Program-made: the position numbers and the translations under genes
Assembly: GCF_030684315.1 (NCBI RefSeq)
Contig: NC_081366.1
Location: 21,085,410-21,149,409 of the forward strand
Length of the DNA: 64,000 nt
DNA from: Stegostoma tigrinum
Lineage: Eukaryota
Reading direction: 5' to 3'
The notes under the pieces: model-generated
The model's database searches: none
Told to the model about the DNA's origin: nothing
The model's input: the letters and a program-made list of their open reading frames with translations, nothing else
Shown here: piece after piece, positions 38,845-51,328 of the stretch
Layout of the letters: each line of letters begins with the position of its first letter
How positions within the stretch are numbered: the first letter of the stretch is position 1

Positions 38845-39745
38845 TGTCAGAGGCATAAAGCATTGAAATAGACCCTTCGGCCCATCACGTCAATGCTGGC
38901 CAGCAAACACCAAACTACACTAATCCCATTTACTTGCTCTTGATCCATAAACCTATGTTATGGCATTTTAAGTATTCATCCAGATGCTTCTTAAATGTTG
39001 CAAGAGTATTTGCCTCCACAAGGGGGAGGCTATGACCTAGTGGTATTATCACTGGACTGTTAATCCAGAGACCCAGATAATGTGCTGGGGACCTGGGTTT
39101 GAATCCTGCCGCAGCAGATGGTGGAATTTGAATTCAATTTAAAATATCTGGAATTAAGAATCTAATGATGATCATGAATCCATTGTCAATTGTTGGAAAA
39201 TCCCATCTGGTTCACTAATGTCTTTTAGGGAAGGAAACTGCCGCCCTTACCCGGTCTGGCCTACGTGTGACTCCAGACCCACAGCAATGTTGTTGACTCT
39301 GAACTGCCCTCTGGGTAATAAATGCTGCCTGGTCAGTGACACCATCATCCCATGAATGAATAAAGGAAAAACCATGTTCCACTTATTTCTCACCCTCTGG
39401 TTAAAAAAAATCTTGTGTATCCTTTAAATCACTTGCTCCTCACCTTAAACTTGTGCTCTCTAAAGTTAGTCACATCTACCATGGGAAGAGATTTTCATAA
39501 TCTACACTGTCTGTACCTTTCAATTTTTTTTAACCTGGTCTTCTCTGCTCCAAGAAAAACAAACCCAGCCCATCCAGTCCCTCCACATAACTGAGACTTT
39601 TTGTCCCAGGCAACATCCTGGTGAACCTCCTTTGCACCTTCTCCAGCTCAATCACATCTTTCCAAAACTGTAGCCATCAGAACTGTCCTCAGTATTCCAG
39701 CTGAGGCCTGACCAGTGTTTTATAACCAATGTTTTGCAGTTCCCT
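38845..39745 (-). mobile_element. CR1 LINE 3' fragment interrupted by a SINE
   Basis: CR1 3' end 'agagtgtcagag...gacccttcggccca' and 'cccaggcaacatcctggtgaacctcctttgcacc' (QRRFTRMLPG in reverse). Confidence 0.85.
39021..39365 (+). mobile_element. ~345-bp tRNA-derived SINE, full length
   Basis: A box 'tgacctagtgg', B box 'ggtttgaatcc', central 'ctggttcactaatgtcttttagggaaggaaa', tail 'cccatgaatgaataaa'. Second copy at 40926. Confidence 0.85.
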
Positions 39746-40719
39746 GCAATTTTTATGGAGTTGGACTTTTCAAGGAGTCATGTTCAAAGGCTCTCAAAGT
39801 TGTTGTGAACATGCCCATACCCCATGTCAACCTCCACTGCTCTGCTTACTCTCCATGGCCCTTCATAGCACCATGCCTAACAGCGCCCACACCGTAGCTG
39901 CTCATACCCTTCATGTCAATCCATGGCACTTCAATACCCAATCACAGGTCATAATGCAGATGGGAGCAGAGAGCTGTAAATGGATATTAACAGCAAAATA
40001 TGGGGAGGTGGTGGCCTAGTGGTATTATCACTGGACTGTTATTCCAGTGTGTGAGCTTTTTAAGAAATGAATCTTACCCAACTTCAGTGACTTGTTCCCA
40101 AATTAACTAATGCCAAATCACCAGTACAATACTGTAAGTGACATAATGAAATACCCCCCCCGTATACGAGTTCAATTCAACTTGCTATTGAGAACCAACT
40201 CAGATACTCAGTTTGGGTTCTACCAGATCTACTCAGATGATACCTCATAATAACTGGATTCCAGATATTGGCACAAGAATCGAAAGGCAGAGGACAATTA
40301 AAAATGATTGCCTAGGGGGATCAAGGCTGCATTGCACTAAGAATGCAGAAGATGGACCTTAATTAAACTAAAATTGATAAGAGGTAATGACCATTTTCAA
40401 CCTTTCCTTCATCTTCCATCACATTGTCATTTGAGCCCCTAGGTGCTAACGTTCTGTTGGTTGTGGAAGCTTAACTGTGTCATGAATTAAAAAAAAGGTC
40501 TGCTTGAACAGCACATCTGCCACTGAACTTGATATCCACCCCTTCATTGCAGTTATAAAGCAGTTGCACGAGGTGCTTATCTGCAAGGATACACTGCAGA
40601 AAATGATCAAGCTTACTTTTGTACCTCCTATGGCTCAGGCAGCTGCTGGCGCTGAGAAGGTGAAAGTGCAGTAACTCCTTTCATCTCTAAATTCCCCCCG
40701 GATCAGAAATGATGAGTAT

Positions 40720-41620
40720 ATGCTCAAATTGTCAAGGTGTGACTAATCGTATTTCCCCCATAGATCAGTACTGGGGTTGGAGTGCTTCATTACATTTATT
40801 TGTGACTTGGGTAACACAGTAATCAGATGTCTATCTTTACTGGTAACACATACACAAAGTTAAGAAGCACAGTACATAAGATGGATGGGAGCAGAAAGAT
40901 GTAAATGGATATTAACAGCAGAACATGGGGAAGTGATAGCCTAGTGGTATTATCACTAGACTGATATTCCAGAGACCCAGGTAATGTTCTGGGGACCTGG
41001 ATTCAAATGCTGCTATGGCAGACGGTGGAAATTCAATTCAAACCGGGAATTCAGAGTCTAATGATGACCATGAATCCATTGTCGATGGTTGGGAAAAATG
41101 TATCTGGTTCACTAATGTCTTTTAGGGAAGGAAACTACCATCCTTACCTGATCTGGCCGACAGGTGAATCCAGACCCACCACAATGTGGTTGACTTTTAA
41201 CTACCCTCTGGGCAATTAGGAATGGGCAATAAATACTGCCTAGCCAGTGACATCCTCATCCTGTGAATGAATAAAGAACGTGGGATAGTGCAAAACCAGT
41301 TTAGATCTATGAATGGTAGATCAGAGTATTTTGTAAATGGTGAGAATGCAGAGACTACAGATGAGCAGAGAAAGCTCAGGATCCAAAAAGAAAAAATACT
41401 GAAGCTCATGGACAAAAGCTGAAGAAATATTGACCAGATCTAACTTGACTTGGATTACAAAGAGTTGTATGTTTTATCCCAGCTGTGAAAAAATCTGGTT
41501 TGCTATATGTGCAGCTGAATTACATTCACAAATTCCCTCCATCCAGAGGAAAAGCTATTGTGGGAGGACTCTACCAAGAGAACCATTGGCTGAGCTGTAG
41601 CTATTTAACAGCTGATTCAT
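40720..41620 (+). mobile_element. Highly decayed CR1 fragment interrupted by a SINE
   Basis: 'ccccatagatcagtactgggg' (PQGSVLG-like) and 'gagtattttgtaaatggtgag...gagcagagaaagctcagg' (YFLNG..EQRDLG-like). Confidence 0.6.
40926..41274 (+). mobile_element. ~345-bp tRNA-derived SINE with TSD
   Basis: Same family as 39021. TSD agaacatggg (40920-40929) and agaacgtggg (41275-41284). Confidence 0.9.
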
Positions 41621-41679
41621 CATCGACGGACTGGAAACATGATTTCCAGACCAAGGTGTTGTGGGAGGCCTTCAGAATA

Positions 41680-42630
41680 TAAGAACGTAAGAACCAGAGC
41701 AGGGATAGGCCACCTGGTCATTCAATAAGATCATGGCTGATCTTTTTGTGGCCTCAGCTCCACTTGACCGCCCTCTCACCATAACCCTTAACTCCTTTAC
41801 TGTTCAAACAATTATCTATCTCAGCTTTAAAAACATACAGTGATGAAGCCTCAACTACTTCACTGGGCAGGGAATCCCACAGATTCACAACCCTTTGGGT
41901 GAAGAAGTTCCTCCTCAATACAGTCCTAAATCTGGTGCTCTTAATTTGAGGCTATGCCCTCCTCTTCCAGTTTCACCCACCAGTGGAAACAACCTCCCTG
42001 CTTCTATCTTGTCTATTCCCTTCATAATTTTACACATTTCTGTAAGGCCCCTCTCATTCTTCTAAATTCCAATGAATATAATCCTTGTCTACTCAGTCTT
42101 TCGTCATAAGCCAACCCTCTCAACTCCTGAGTCAACCTGGTGAATCTCCTCTGCACCTGCTCCACTGCCAGCACATCCTTTCTCAGGTAAGGAGACCAAA
42201 ACTGCATGCAGTATTCCAGTTGTGGCCTCATGAGCACCTTATACAGCTGCAACATAACCTCCCTGCTTTTAAACTCAATCCCTCTAGCAATAAAGGGCAA
42301 CTTTCCCTTTGCCTTCTTAATTACCTGTTGTACCTGCAAACTAACCTCCTGTGATTCATGCTCAGGGACATTCAGATCCCACTGCACAGCAGCACACTGC
42401 AATTTTTTACTATTCAAATAATAGTCCATTTTACTGTTATTCCTACTAAAATGGATGACCTCACATTTATCAACTTTGTACTCCATCTGCCATTTGCTCA
42501 CTCACTTAAAATATCCATATTCCTCTGCAAACTTCCAGAGTCCTCTGCACACTTTGCTGTACCAAACTTTGACACATGACGTGGTCCCCAACTCCAAATC
42601 ATCTGTGTAAACTGTAAACAATTGCAGCCC
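41680..42630 (-). mobile_element. CR1 LINE 3' fragment
   Basis: ORF 42022-42501 (WQMEYKVDKCEVIHF...LYKVLMRPQLEYCMQFWSPYLRKD...VQRRFTR). 3' tail 'taagaacgtaagaac'. Confidence 0.92.
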
Positions 42631-44363
42631 CGGCAGAAGGGTGGTGGGGTAAGTGGGGCGTGTGGAGCAGACGAGGGAGTCACAGAGACAGCAGTCCCTC
42701 CAGAAGGCAGATAAAGGTGTGGAGGAAAAATGTCCTTGGTAGTGGGGTCAGATTGAAGGTAGCAGAAGTGGTGGAGGATGATGCGTTGGATCCAGAGGTT
42801 GGTGGGGTGGTACATGAGGATGAGGGGCATTCTGTTTTTGTTGTTTTTGCAGGTAGTCATTGTGAGGGATGAGTTGTGGGAAACGCAAGAGACGCGGCCA
42901 AAGGCAGTTCCAACCAATGTGGAGGGGAAATCGCGGCCCTTGACAAACAAGGGCATCTGAGATGCCCAGGAATGGAATGCCTCATCTTGGGAGCAGATGT
43001 GGCAGAGGTGAAGCAATTGGGAATAGGGGATGGCATTCTTACAGGAAGGTGGGTGAGAGGAAGTGTATTTTTGGTAACTGTGGGACTCGGTAGGCTTGGA
43101 ATAGATATCAGTTTCCAGATGGTTGACAGAGATGGAAACAGAGAGGTCAAGGAAGGAGACAGAGTTATTAGAGATGGTCCAGGTGAACTTAAGATTGGGG
43201 TAGAAGGTGTTTATAAAGTGAATGAACTGTTCAAGCTCCTAGTGAGAGCACAAGGCAGCGCCAGTACAGTCATCGATATAACAGAGGAAGAAGCGGAGGA
43301 TGGGGCCAATGTAGCTGTGAAAGAGGAACTGTTTGACATATCCTACAAAGAGGCACCCATAGCTTGGGCCCATGTGGGTAACCATGGCCACACCCTTTGT
43401 CTGTCGGAATAGGTCCACACTCATCTGCTCCACACTCCGCACTACCCCCACCATCCCGGCACTTTTCCCTGCAACTGCAGAAAGTGCTACACCTGTCCCT
43501 GCCCCTCCCTTCTCACCCCATCCCAGGCCCCAAGAAAACCTTCCACATTAAACAGATGTCCACTTGTACACTTGCTAATGTGGGAAATTGTATCCGCTGT
43601 TCCTGATGTGGCCTCCTCTACACTGGGGAAACCAAGCGGAGGCTTGGAGACTGCTTGGTGGAACACCTACACTCGGTTCGCAACGACTATACCTCCCAGT
43701 CGCGAACCACTTCAACTCACCCTCCCACTCCTTGGATAACATGTCCATCCTCAGCCTCCTCCAGTGCCACAATTATGACGCCCGAAGGTTGGAGAATCTG
43801 AGATAACAAGGTGCAGAGCTGGATGAACACAGCAGAATAAGCAGCGTCAAAAGAGCAGAAAAGCTGACGTTTCGGGTCTGGGCCCTTCTTCAGAAATGGG
43901 GGAGGGGAAGGGAACTCTGGACCTCATAATTCATTTGGAAACCCTGCAGCCTAATGGTATCAATGAGGATTTCACAAGCTTCAAAATCTTCCCTCCCCCC
44001 AACCTCATCCCAAGACCAGCCCAGCTCGTACCTGCCTCCTTGACCTGTACACCTTTTCTCCCACCTATTCTCTCCTCCCACCTCACTCACAACCCCGATC
44101 CCTACTTCCTGTCTACTAGCCTCATCCCCACCTCCTTGACCTGTCCGTCTTCTCTCCACCTATCTGCTCCTCTCTCCACCTTCCATCATTGCCCTGTCTC
44201 TATTTATTTCAGAGTTCCCTTCCCCTCCCCCATTTCTGAAGAAGGGGCCATACCCGAAACATTAGCTTTCCTACTCCTCTGATGCTGCTCGGCTTGCTGC
44301 ATTCATCCAGCTCTACACCTTGTTCTCTCAGATTCTCCAGCATCGACAGCTCCTACTATCTCT
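42631..44363. mobile_element. Rearranged Penelope-like element (RT on minus, GIY-YIG on plus, inverted terminal repeats)
   Basis: Minus ORF 43239-43454 'QTKGVAMVTHMGPSYGCLFVGY...CYIDD' (PLE RT). Plus strand 'FHIKQMSTCTLANV..CIRCS*CGLLYTGETKRRLG' (GIY-YIG). Inverted ~130-bp repeats at 43790-43918 and 44210-44340. Confidence 0.9.
43862..43896 (-). ncRNA. Minimal hammerhead ribozyme motif in the PLE terminal repeat
   Basis: Minus strand reads TTT-CTGAAGA-A-GGG-CCCAGA-CCC-GAAA-CG-TC-AGCT, with the core and a GUC site intact and a weak stem I. The sister copy on + at ~44233-44268 reads GAAA-CA-TT. Confidence 0.6.
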
Positions 44364-44504
44364 AAGTCAGAGCCTGGTCTGTCTGTGTTACTTTGAAGTC
44401 CCAAACCTCAAGGTTGCGCTTGACTTTGCTTTTATTCCTGACCATTCTGTCTCAAACCCAAAAACCACAGGATGGTATCAAATTATATGATAAAAGACTC
44501 AGAA

Positions 44505-44695
44505 AGAGGAATCAAAAACACAAATGACTGGAACAGTTCAACAGGCCTGGTAGTATCTGGTGGAGAGAAAGCCGAGTTAATGGTTTGGGTCCAGTAACCC
44601 TTCCTCACAGTCGTTCTGAGGCTTCCAGACTTGCTGAGCTTTTACAGCCATTTCTGTTTCTGATTTCCAGCATGCACTTTTCTTTCGGATTTTGT
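44505..44695. mobile_element. Decayed fold-back PLE terminal-repeat element
   Basis: 'gagttaatggtttgggtccagtaacccttcctca' followed by the opposite arm 'gttctgagg...ccagacttgctgagcttttacagcc'. Confidence 0.65.
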
Positions 44696-45319
44696 TCAGA
44701 GAGAAGAAATCCTGCCTGTGAGAGCAGCCAGCCGCTCAGAGGCTGGGAGCTGTCCAGCACTTCAGAACCAAGATATGGCCTGCTGGATCCATAATTTCGG
44801 TAACTGTTTGAGGGTTTCACCAGGTGGCAAGCTGGCAGACATCGCTGAAGAAAGTGAGGGGCTGGGCTTCAAAGGGCAATGTGAGAATAACAATCTGGTG
44901 GGCTGGAGTAGAATCTTGGAGGTGCCTGAGATGTCCCTGCCTGTCACCGCTGTGTAGAGGAAAACATACTGGGCTGGCTACGTGCCATGGGCTTCTTGCA
45001 CCATCTGTTAAATCTCAGTGGTGGAATTAATTGCCCACTTAAGAGTCTCATTATGCCTACTGGCAAGCAGGTTGCAATGTGTCACCCCTGTTTCTGCTAC
45101 AATTCTGGTTAGGGCAGCAATAAGCTGCAGGCAGACTATCCTCTGTATTTAACAAATCTATCAACCTTCAAACCCATTGCCAGGAAGTTAAAACCTTACC
45201 TTTCATATTCAGCCCTCAGCATTACATCTCAGAAAAGATATACTGTCTTTGGGAAGGTGCAGCGTAGATTTATTGGAGTGATTCTGGAGATAAAAGTGTT
45301 AAATTCTAAAGATACAGAA

Positions 45320-45770
45320 AGAAGAAGAATGATTTTCCTTCAGGTCCAAAGAATAAGCTGTTCTGTCCTTTCAGACAATTCTGCCACCATTCAGTCACTT
45401 CATGTCTGATCTGCATCTCAACTGTATTTATCTACCTTTTTGCCATGTCTTTTAGTACCCTTTCCTAATAAAAATCCATTGATCTCAATTTTGGAAATGT
45501 CATTGCATTCACACCCTGAGCTTTTTTTCGAGAAGAGGTTTCTAAATTTCATTATTCTTCACATGAAAATTACTTTTTTTCATTCTTAAAAGAGCCCACT
45601 CCAATTTTTTTTGTGACTCCTTGTTCTGGATTGCCCACCCGAAGACATAATTGATCCTGTAGCTGCCTTATCGAATCCCTTAATCACTTTTAATAATTTA
45701 GTACAATCATTAGCCCTTTTTAACTCGTAAGTGCAAACTGTTCATACCCTTTTTACTCATCATTTGACCC
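45320..45770 (-). mobile_element. Old CR1 3' fragment
   Basis: 'ctgccaccattcagtcac...tgatctgcatctcaact', 'ccttatcgaatcccttaatca'. Confidence 0.55.
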
Positions 45771-46514
45771 ATTTAGCACATTTTGGCCCAACAATGAGCG
45801 AAGTGCACAACTCAAACATCAGCTTTTCCCTAGAGTATTGTAGTCCTGCTTGATGAGTGTCAATTATCAAGCCTGTCACAAAGGACTGATTCTGTCCAAT
45901 TGGCAGCACCAGATTCTGTTATTCTGAAGCCAGTGCTGACCCTTCTTATGTTACTACTTCTCAGGATTGCACTTTCACTGTGACAGAGTATTTTGCTATG
46001 TCCAGATTTTTTTTTCTTGTTTTCTGTTGCAAATTTTTATGGGCTATCAGGACTTTGGTATGGACTCAGGATGTGAAAGGCAAATTAATGCAAGTTATTT
46101 TCTTTCAAGCATTCTCTTCCAGCATATCAGGCTCTTTAGCCCGAATTCGCTTTTACATTTTTTGTGAGGGAGCAGTGTTTTTTTAAACATCATTTGGATC
46201 TGTTTTAATATTGCATCAGTAGGTCCAGTCTTTTGCACTGATAGAACTGTACCTAGCTTCTTTAAGCTATACAGGAAAACCAATGGAAAAGTGCCAATTT
46301 CAGCCAACAGTCCTCTGTCATAGTACTCACCTCTCCCATGTAAACCAGTGGGTGACCTACTCTCTAATGTTTTGCACATGCCAAAGAATGACACTGTCCA
46401 ATCTTTATACAACCAGCTTGCATTTTATTCTGTTGTTTCTTCTCAAACAATATTGGGCGTTGCATGGAGACAATCTTTTGAAATTTAGGATCTGAATTTG
46501 TTTGGATCAGATCT

Positions 46515-48190
46515 ACATAGAACGTAGAACATAGAACATTGCAGCGCAGCACAGACCCTTCAGCCCTCGATGTTGCGCGAAGCTGTGAAACCAACCTGAA
46601 GCCCATCTAACCTACACTATTCTATTAACATCCATATGTTTATCCAATGACCATTTAAATGCCCTTAAAGTTGGTGAGTCTACTACTGTTGCAGGCAGGG
46701 CATTCCACGCCCTTACTACTCTCTGACTAAAGAATCTACCTCTGACTTCTGTCCTATATCACCCCTCAATTTAAAGCTATGTCCCCTTGTGCTAGCCATC
46801 AACACCCAAGGAGAAAGGCTCTCACTGTCCACCCTATCTAATCCTCTGATCATTTTGTATGTCACTTCTAAGTCACCTCTTAACCTTCTTCTCTATAACA
46901 AAAACAGCCTCAGGTCCCTCAGCCTTTCCTCATAAGACCTTCCCTCCATACCAGGCAACATCCTGGTAAATTTCCTGTGCACCCTTTCCAATGCTTCCAC
47001 ATCATTCCTACAATGCGGCGACCAGAACCATATGCAATACTCCAAGTGCCGCTGCACCAGAGTTTTGTACAGCTGCAACATGACTTCATGGCTCCGAAAC
47101 TCAATCCCTCTACCAATAAAACATAACACACCGTAGACCTTCCTAACAACCCTATCAACCTGGGTGGCAACTTGCAGGGATCTATGCACCGAGATCTCTC
47201 TGGTCATCCACACTATCAAGAATCTTACCATTAGCCCAGTACTCTGTATTCCTGTTACTCCTTCCAAAGTGAAGCACCTCACACTTTTCTGCATTAAACT
47301 CCATTTGCCACCTCTCAGCCCAGCTCTGCAGCTTATCTATGTCCCTCAGTAACCTACAACATCCTTCCGCTCTATCCACAACTCCACCGACTTTAGTGTC
47401 ATCCGCAAATTTACTAACCCATCCATCTATGCCCTGATCCAGGCCATTTATAAAAATGACAAACAGCAGTGGCCCCAAAACAGATCCTTGCGGTTCATCA
47501 CTAGAAATGGAACTCCAAGATGAACATTTTCCATCAACTACCACCCTCAGTCTTCTTACAACTAACCAATTTCTGATCCAAACCGCTACATCACCCTCAA
47601 TCCCGTGTCCCCTTATTTTCTTCAATAGCCTATCATGGGGAACCTTATTAAATGCTTTACTGAAATCCATATACACCACATCAACCACTTTACCCTTATC
47701 CACCTGTTTGGTCACCTTCTCAAAGAACTCAGTAAGGTTTGTAAGGCACAACCTACCCTTCACAAAACCGTGTTGACTATCCCCAATCAAATTATTCTTT
47801 TCTAGATAATTATAAATTCTATCTCTTATAATCCTTTCCAACGCTTTACCCACAACCGAAATAAGGCTTACCGATCTATAATTATCAGGGTTGCCTCTAC
47901 TCCCCTTCTTGAACAAGAGGACAACATTTTCTATCCTCCAGTCTTCTGGCACTAGTCCTGTAGACAATGATGACATAAAGATTAAAGCCAAAGGCTCTGC
48001 AATCTCATTCCTAGTTTTCCAGAGAATCCTAGGATAAATCCCATCCAGCCCAGGGGACTGATCTATTTTCACACTTTCCAGAATTGCTAACACCTCCTCC
48101 TTATGAGCCTCAATCCCATTTAGTCCTATAGCCTGCATCTCAGTATTCTCCACGACAACATTGTCTTTTTTATTTGTGAATACTGACAAA
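46515..48190 (-). mobile_element. Best-preserved CR1 LINE (5'-truncated, ~1.7 kb) with RT domain
   Basis: ORF 47182-48264 with NYRSVSL, QHGFVKGR, YMDFSKAFNKV, PQGSVLGPLLF and FADD, continuing after a frameshift into ORF 46893-47294. 3' (TGTTCTA)n-type tail at 46516-46538. Confidence 0.95.
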
Positions 48191-48862
48191 GAAGGAATGG
48201 TAAGAGAGCACATCTTCTGGAACCTTCCAGACTTGGATTCCAGTTCCGTGTGGTTTGATATCATGACTTAGTTCCTTATGAACTTTTACTGTTTGTGATT
48301 CTTACAATAAAGGTATAGTTAACCTTTCTACTTCACATAAATATCCCAGAGTGGGAGTCACATGTACACTGTGCTTGTAGACAGGCTTGTTCTAATATGT
48401 TGTTTAAAACCTCTTTTGTAACCAACTATGGAAGAAAATAAACTCCTGGTATTAGTGTTCAGTTCACCTTCAGTCAATTCATAACAGCATTCCCAACTGG
48501 GGAAAACTTTGAGCTCAGAACAAAAGTACAATTTTTAGTGAATTTGGCTACATCCAAGGTTAGTTAAAACAGCAAATGTTGAGCTAAAGATAAATTTAGC
48601 ATTGTTTAATGACACTTATAATTACATCATATGAACGGGGTGTTGATAGCTTCAACATTAAACTATTAACACCTCCAGCTAAGCATTAGCCACACAATAG
48701 ATATTCACTTCGTTTTGTTAACAGACCTGAAGTGTTAGACTTGATCTACATGCATGAAAATTCTATTCACAGAAATTTCAGTCAGCACTTTTTTCTGTTT
48801 TGGGAACTAGGGCAAGAAAACGTGATCATTTGGTTTCCAGTCCAAAAGTATGTACAATATTC

Positions 48863-49086
48863 AGAGATAACAAGAATTGCGGATGGTGGAGTCAGAGATA
48901 ACACAGTGTGGAGCTGGAGGAACACAGCAGGCCAGAAAGCATCAGAGGAGCAGGAAAGTTGACACTTCAGGTCAGAATCATTCTTCAGAAAAGTTGAAGT
49001 AGGGTCCTGACCCAAAATGTCAATTCTCCTGCTCCTCTGATGCTGTCTGGCCTGCTGTGTTCCTCCAGCTCCACACTGTGTTATCT
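48863..49086. mobile_element. Fold-back (palindromic) PLE terminal-repeat element
   Basis: Inverted arms 'agataacacagtgtggagctggaggaacacagcaggccaga...' and '...tctggcctgctgtgttcctccagctccacactgtgttatct'. 9-bp repeat tattcagag at 48858-48866 and 49091-49099. Both hammerhead cores are decayed. Confidence 0.9.
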
Positions 49087-49099
49087 ACCGTATTCAGAG

Positions 49100-49790
49100 T
49101 TTCTTTTATTCGTTTGTGCAATGCATTACTAGCAAGGTAGGCAATTATTGTCCATCCCTAATTGCCCTTAAGAAGGTGATGGTGCCATGTAACTTTGAAG
49201 TGCTGCTGGCCATCTGGTGTAGGTAAACACACAATGTGTTAGGGAGGATGTCCCAGGATTTTAACCTTGTGTCAGGGGAGAAGAGGTGATATAGTTTCAA
49301 GTCAGGATGGAGGGGAAGTTATAGATGGTGTAGTTCCCATTGACTAGACTTGATTTTTTCCAGATGATAAAGGCCACAGGTATAGGTGATGATATCAAAA
49401 GAGCTTTGGAAAATTGCTGGAGTGCATCTGACATATGGCACATATTGCCACTATCATGCATCGGTGATGGAGAAAGGAAATGTTTAAGGAGGTGGATGGG
49501 AAATCAATTGGTTGGCTTGCTGTGCGTAGTGTTGAGTTCCTTGAATGTAATTGGAATTTGCATCATTCTAGAAAGCGGGAAGTATCCATTGCTTTACAGG
49601 CTTCTGCTTTGTAAATCATAGACAGACTTTGGGATGCAGGGAGCAAGTTATTCACTATAGGATTCTGAGACTCTGATCTTCCCTGGTAGTCATAAAATTT
49701 AATAGCTGGTACATATCTGATGGTTGGCATCCAGAATGTTGGTGGCTGGGAATTCAACATGTTAATATCATTAAATAACAAGAGTCAAAT
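49100..49790 (-). mobile_element. 3' fragment of the 1370-3710 LINE family
   Basis: Reverse complement reads 'caccatcaccttcttaagggcaattagggatggacaataa...aacgaataaaagaa', with body similarity to 3100-3650. Confidence 0.7.
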
Positions 49791-51328
49791 CAAATGGGAA
49801 TAAAGGGCCTCAAATTACTGAGTGAAAAGAATGGGAAGGGGCCACAGATGCAATGAAATGAAGGGGAGACAGACAATCGGGGAGGGAGGGGGAATACAAC
49901 GCAGTATGGGGGTAATGAGGAAATGACGGGCCATATGTGGAAATGGGCCACTAGGAAAGTAGAATGGTGGAGAGAGAAGGGAAAAACCCAGACTGAGGAG
50001 CCACTGGTGGGTATTTGGAGGATTGGTACTAGAAAGAGCAATAGTTTCCCAGTGATAAGAGATCATTTCCCTATTCTCCAGAAGTTAGGGTCAAAGGGAC
50101 TTGGTTCAAATATTTGCTCACACCAAGGGAATGAGAGCGAAATACTACTATTTAGGATGGAAAAGTAAAACAAAAAACTGGTTAGTATTCTCTGATCCTG
50201 TTTAGTCGAAGGGAGGGTCGGTCTGAAATGTTTCTCAGCAAGTAATGAAAGTCAGAGATGATGGTGATCAGGCATCTGATCTGTGATTTGGAGGGGGTTT
50301 TCATTCATAAGGGCAATGATTGGAGATTCTGCAAACTACAGAACATAGGTTAAATGAAGGGCTGGCATGCCAGACATGTTTACCAAGTCAGTGAGTATAA
50401 GTTTGAAATTTAAAATAAAACTGGATACTCATTTGTACCTGTGACTCAGTACTATGTCATCTGCTGCACCTACACATTGACCACCAGGATAGGTCCTCAA
50501 ACCTGTTAATTAACTTAATGTACATTACTACATCATTCCAAATTTAGTGCTCATTAGAAGCACTGGTCAGTTGTGAGTTTAAATCTGTTTTTAACATTTT
50601 GTTATTGACATTTATTTCAGTCTCCTTAATATGGAATAGTTTGAAAACTTGATTTTGACTGTCAGGCTTTTTTCAGAAATATCTACTGTGTAATGTGATA
50701 CAATTTCTGCACTGAATCATGTTGCTGTGTAGTTATATTTTGAGGAAAGGTGGGGATTCATATATCCGTTCATTCCAAGTTATTATTCTGTACCTTTTTT
50801 TGGCTGCAACTTATTGGTAAATATGTAAGGGATGGGATGGAGAACAAATTGCATTTCAAAGCTTCAGCGTAGTTGTCTCAAACTAGGGTTACTACTGCAG
50901 TTATAACAGGATGATATTTAGGAACTGAAAAGAGATCATCATCAATTTAGAAAAGCATTGCAGTGTCATAGTATGCATTTTTATACACCACACGAGTTCA
51001 AGATTTTCTTTCATCCTACTGTATTATCAATTGGACTTTGTTTGCCTTGTCTGCCCTGCAATATCTTTATTCAATTTAAATTGTAAAGTGTCTCCCACTT
51101 CTTCATTCTAGATTAATGCTGATCCCTCACATATTCACCGTGTTCATTAATGTGGGTCTCTGTTCAGTATTTTCAAAGATGTGAATAAAATTGCAATGAG
51201 CATGTACAAGTGAAAGTAATTTTTTTTCAGTCCCATGACTTTTTTTATTATGCGATTATGCATTAATGCTTCAATTAAATTCACTTACCATGCTTGGAAG
51301 TAAAACATTTATGACCACATTTTTGCAG

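Noticed and set aside
47182-48264. 360-aa reverse transcriptase ORF as a domesticated gene or novel RT system
   Set aside because: Ordinary 5'-truncated CR1 ORF2 with a frameshift near 47190 and a normal CR1 tail; its first ~25 residues come from flanking DNA.
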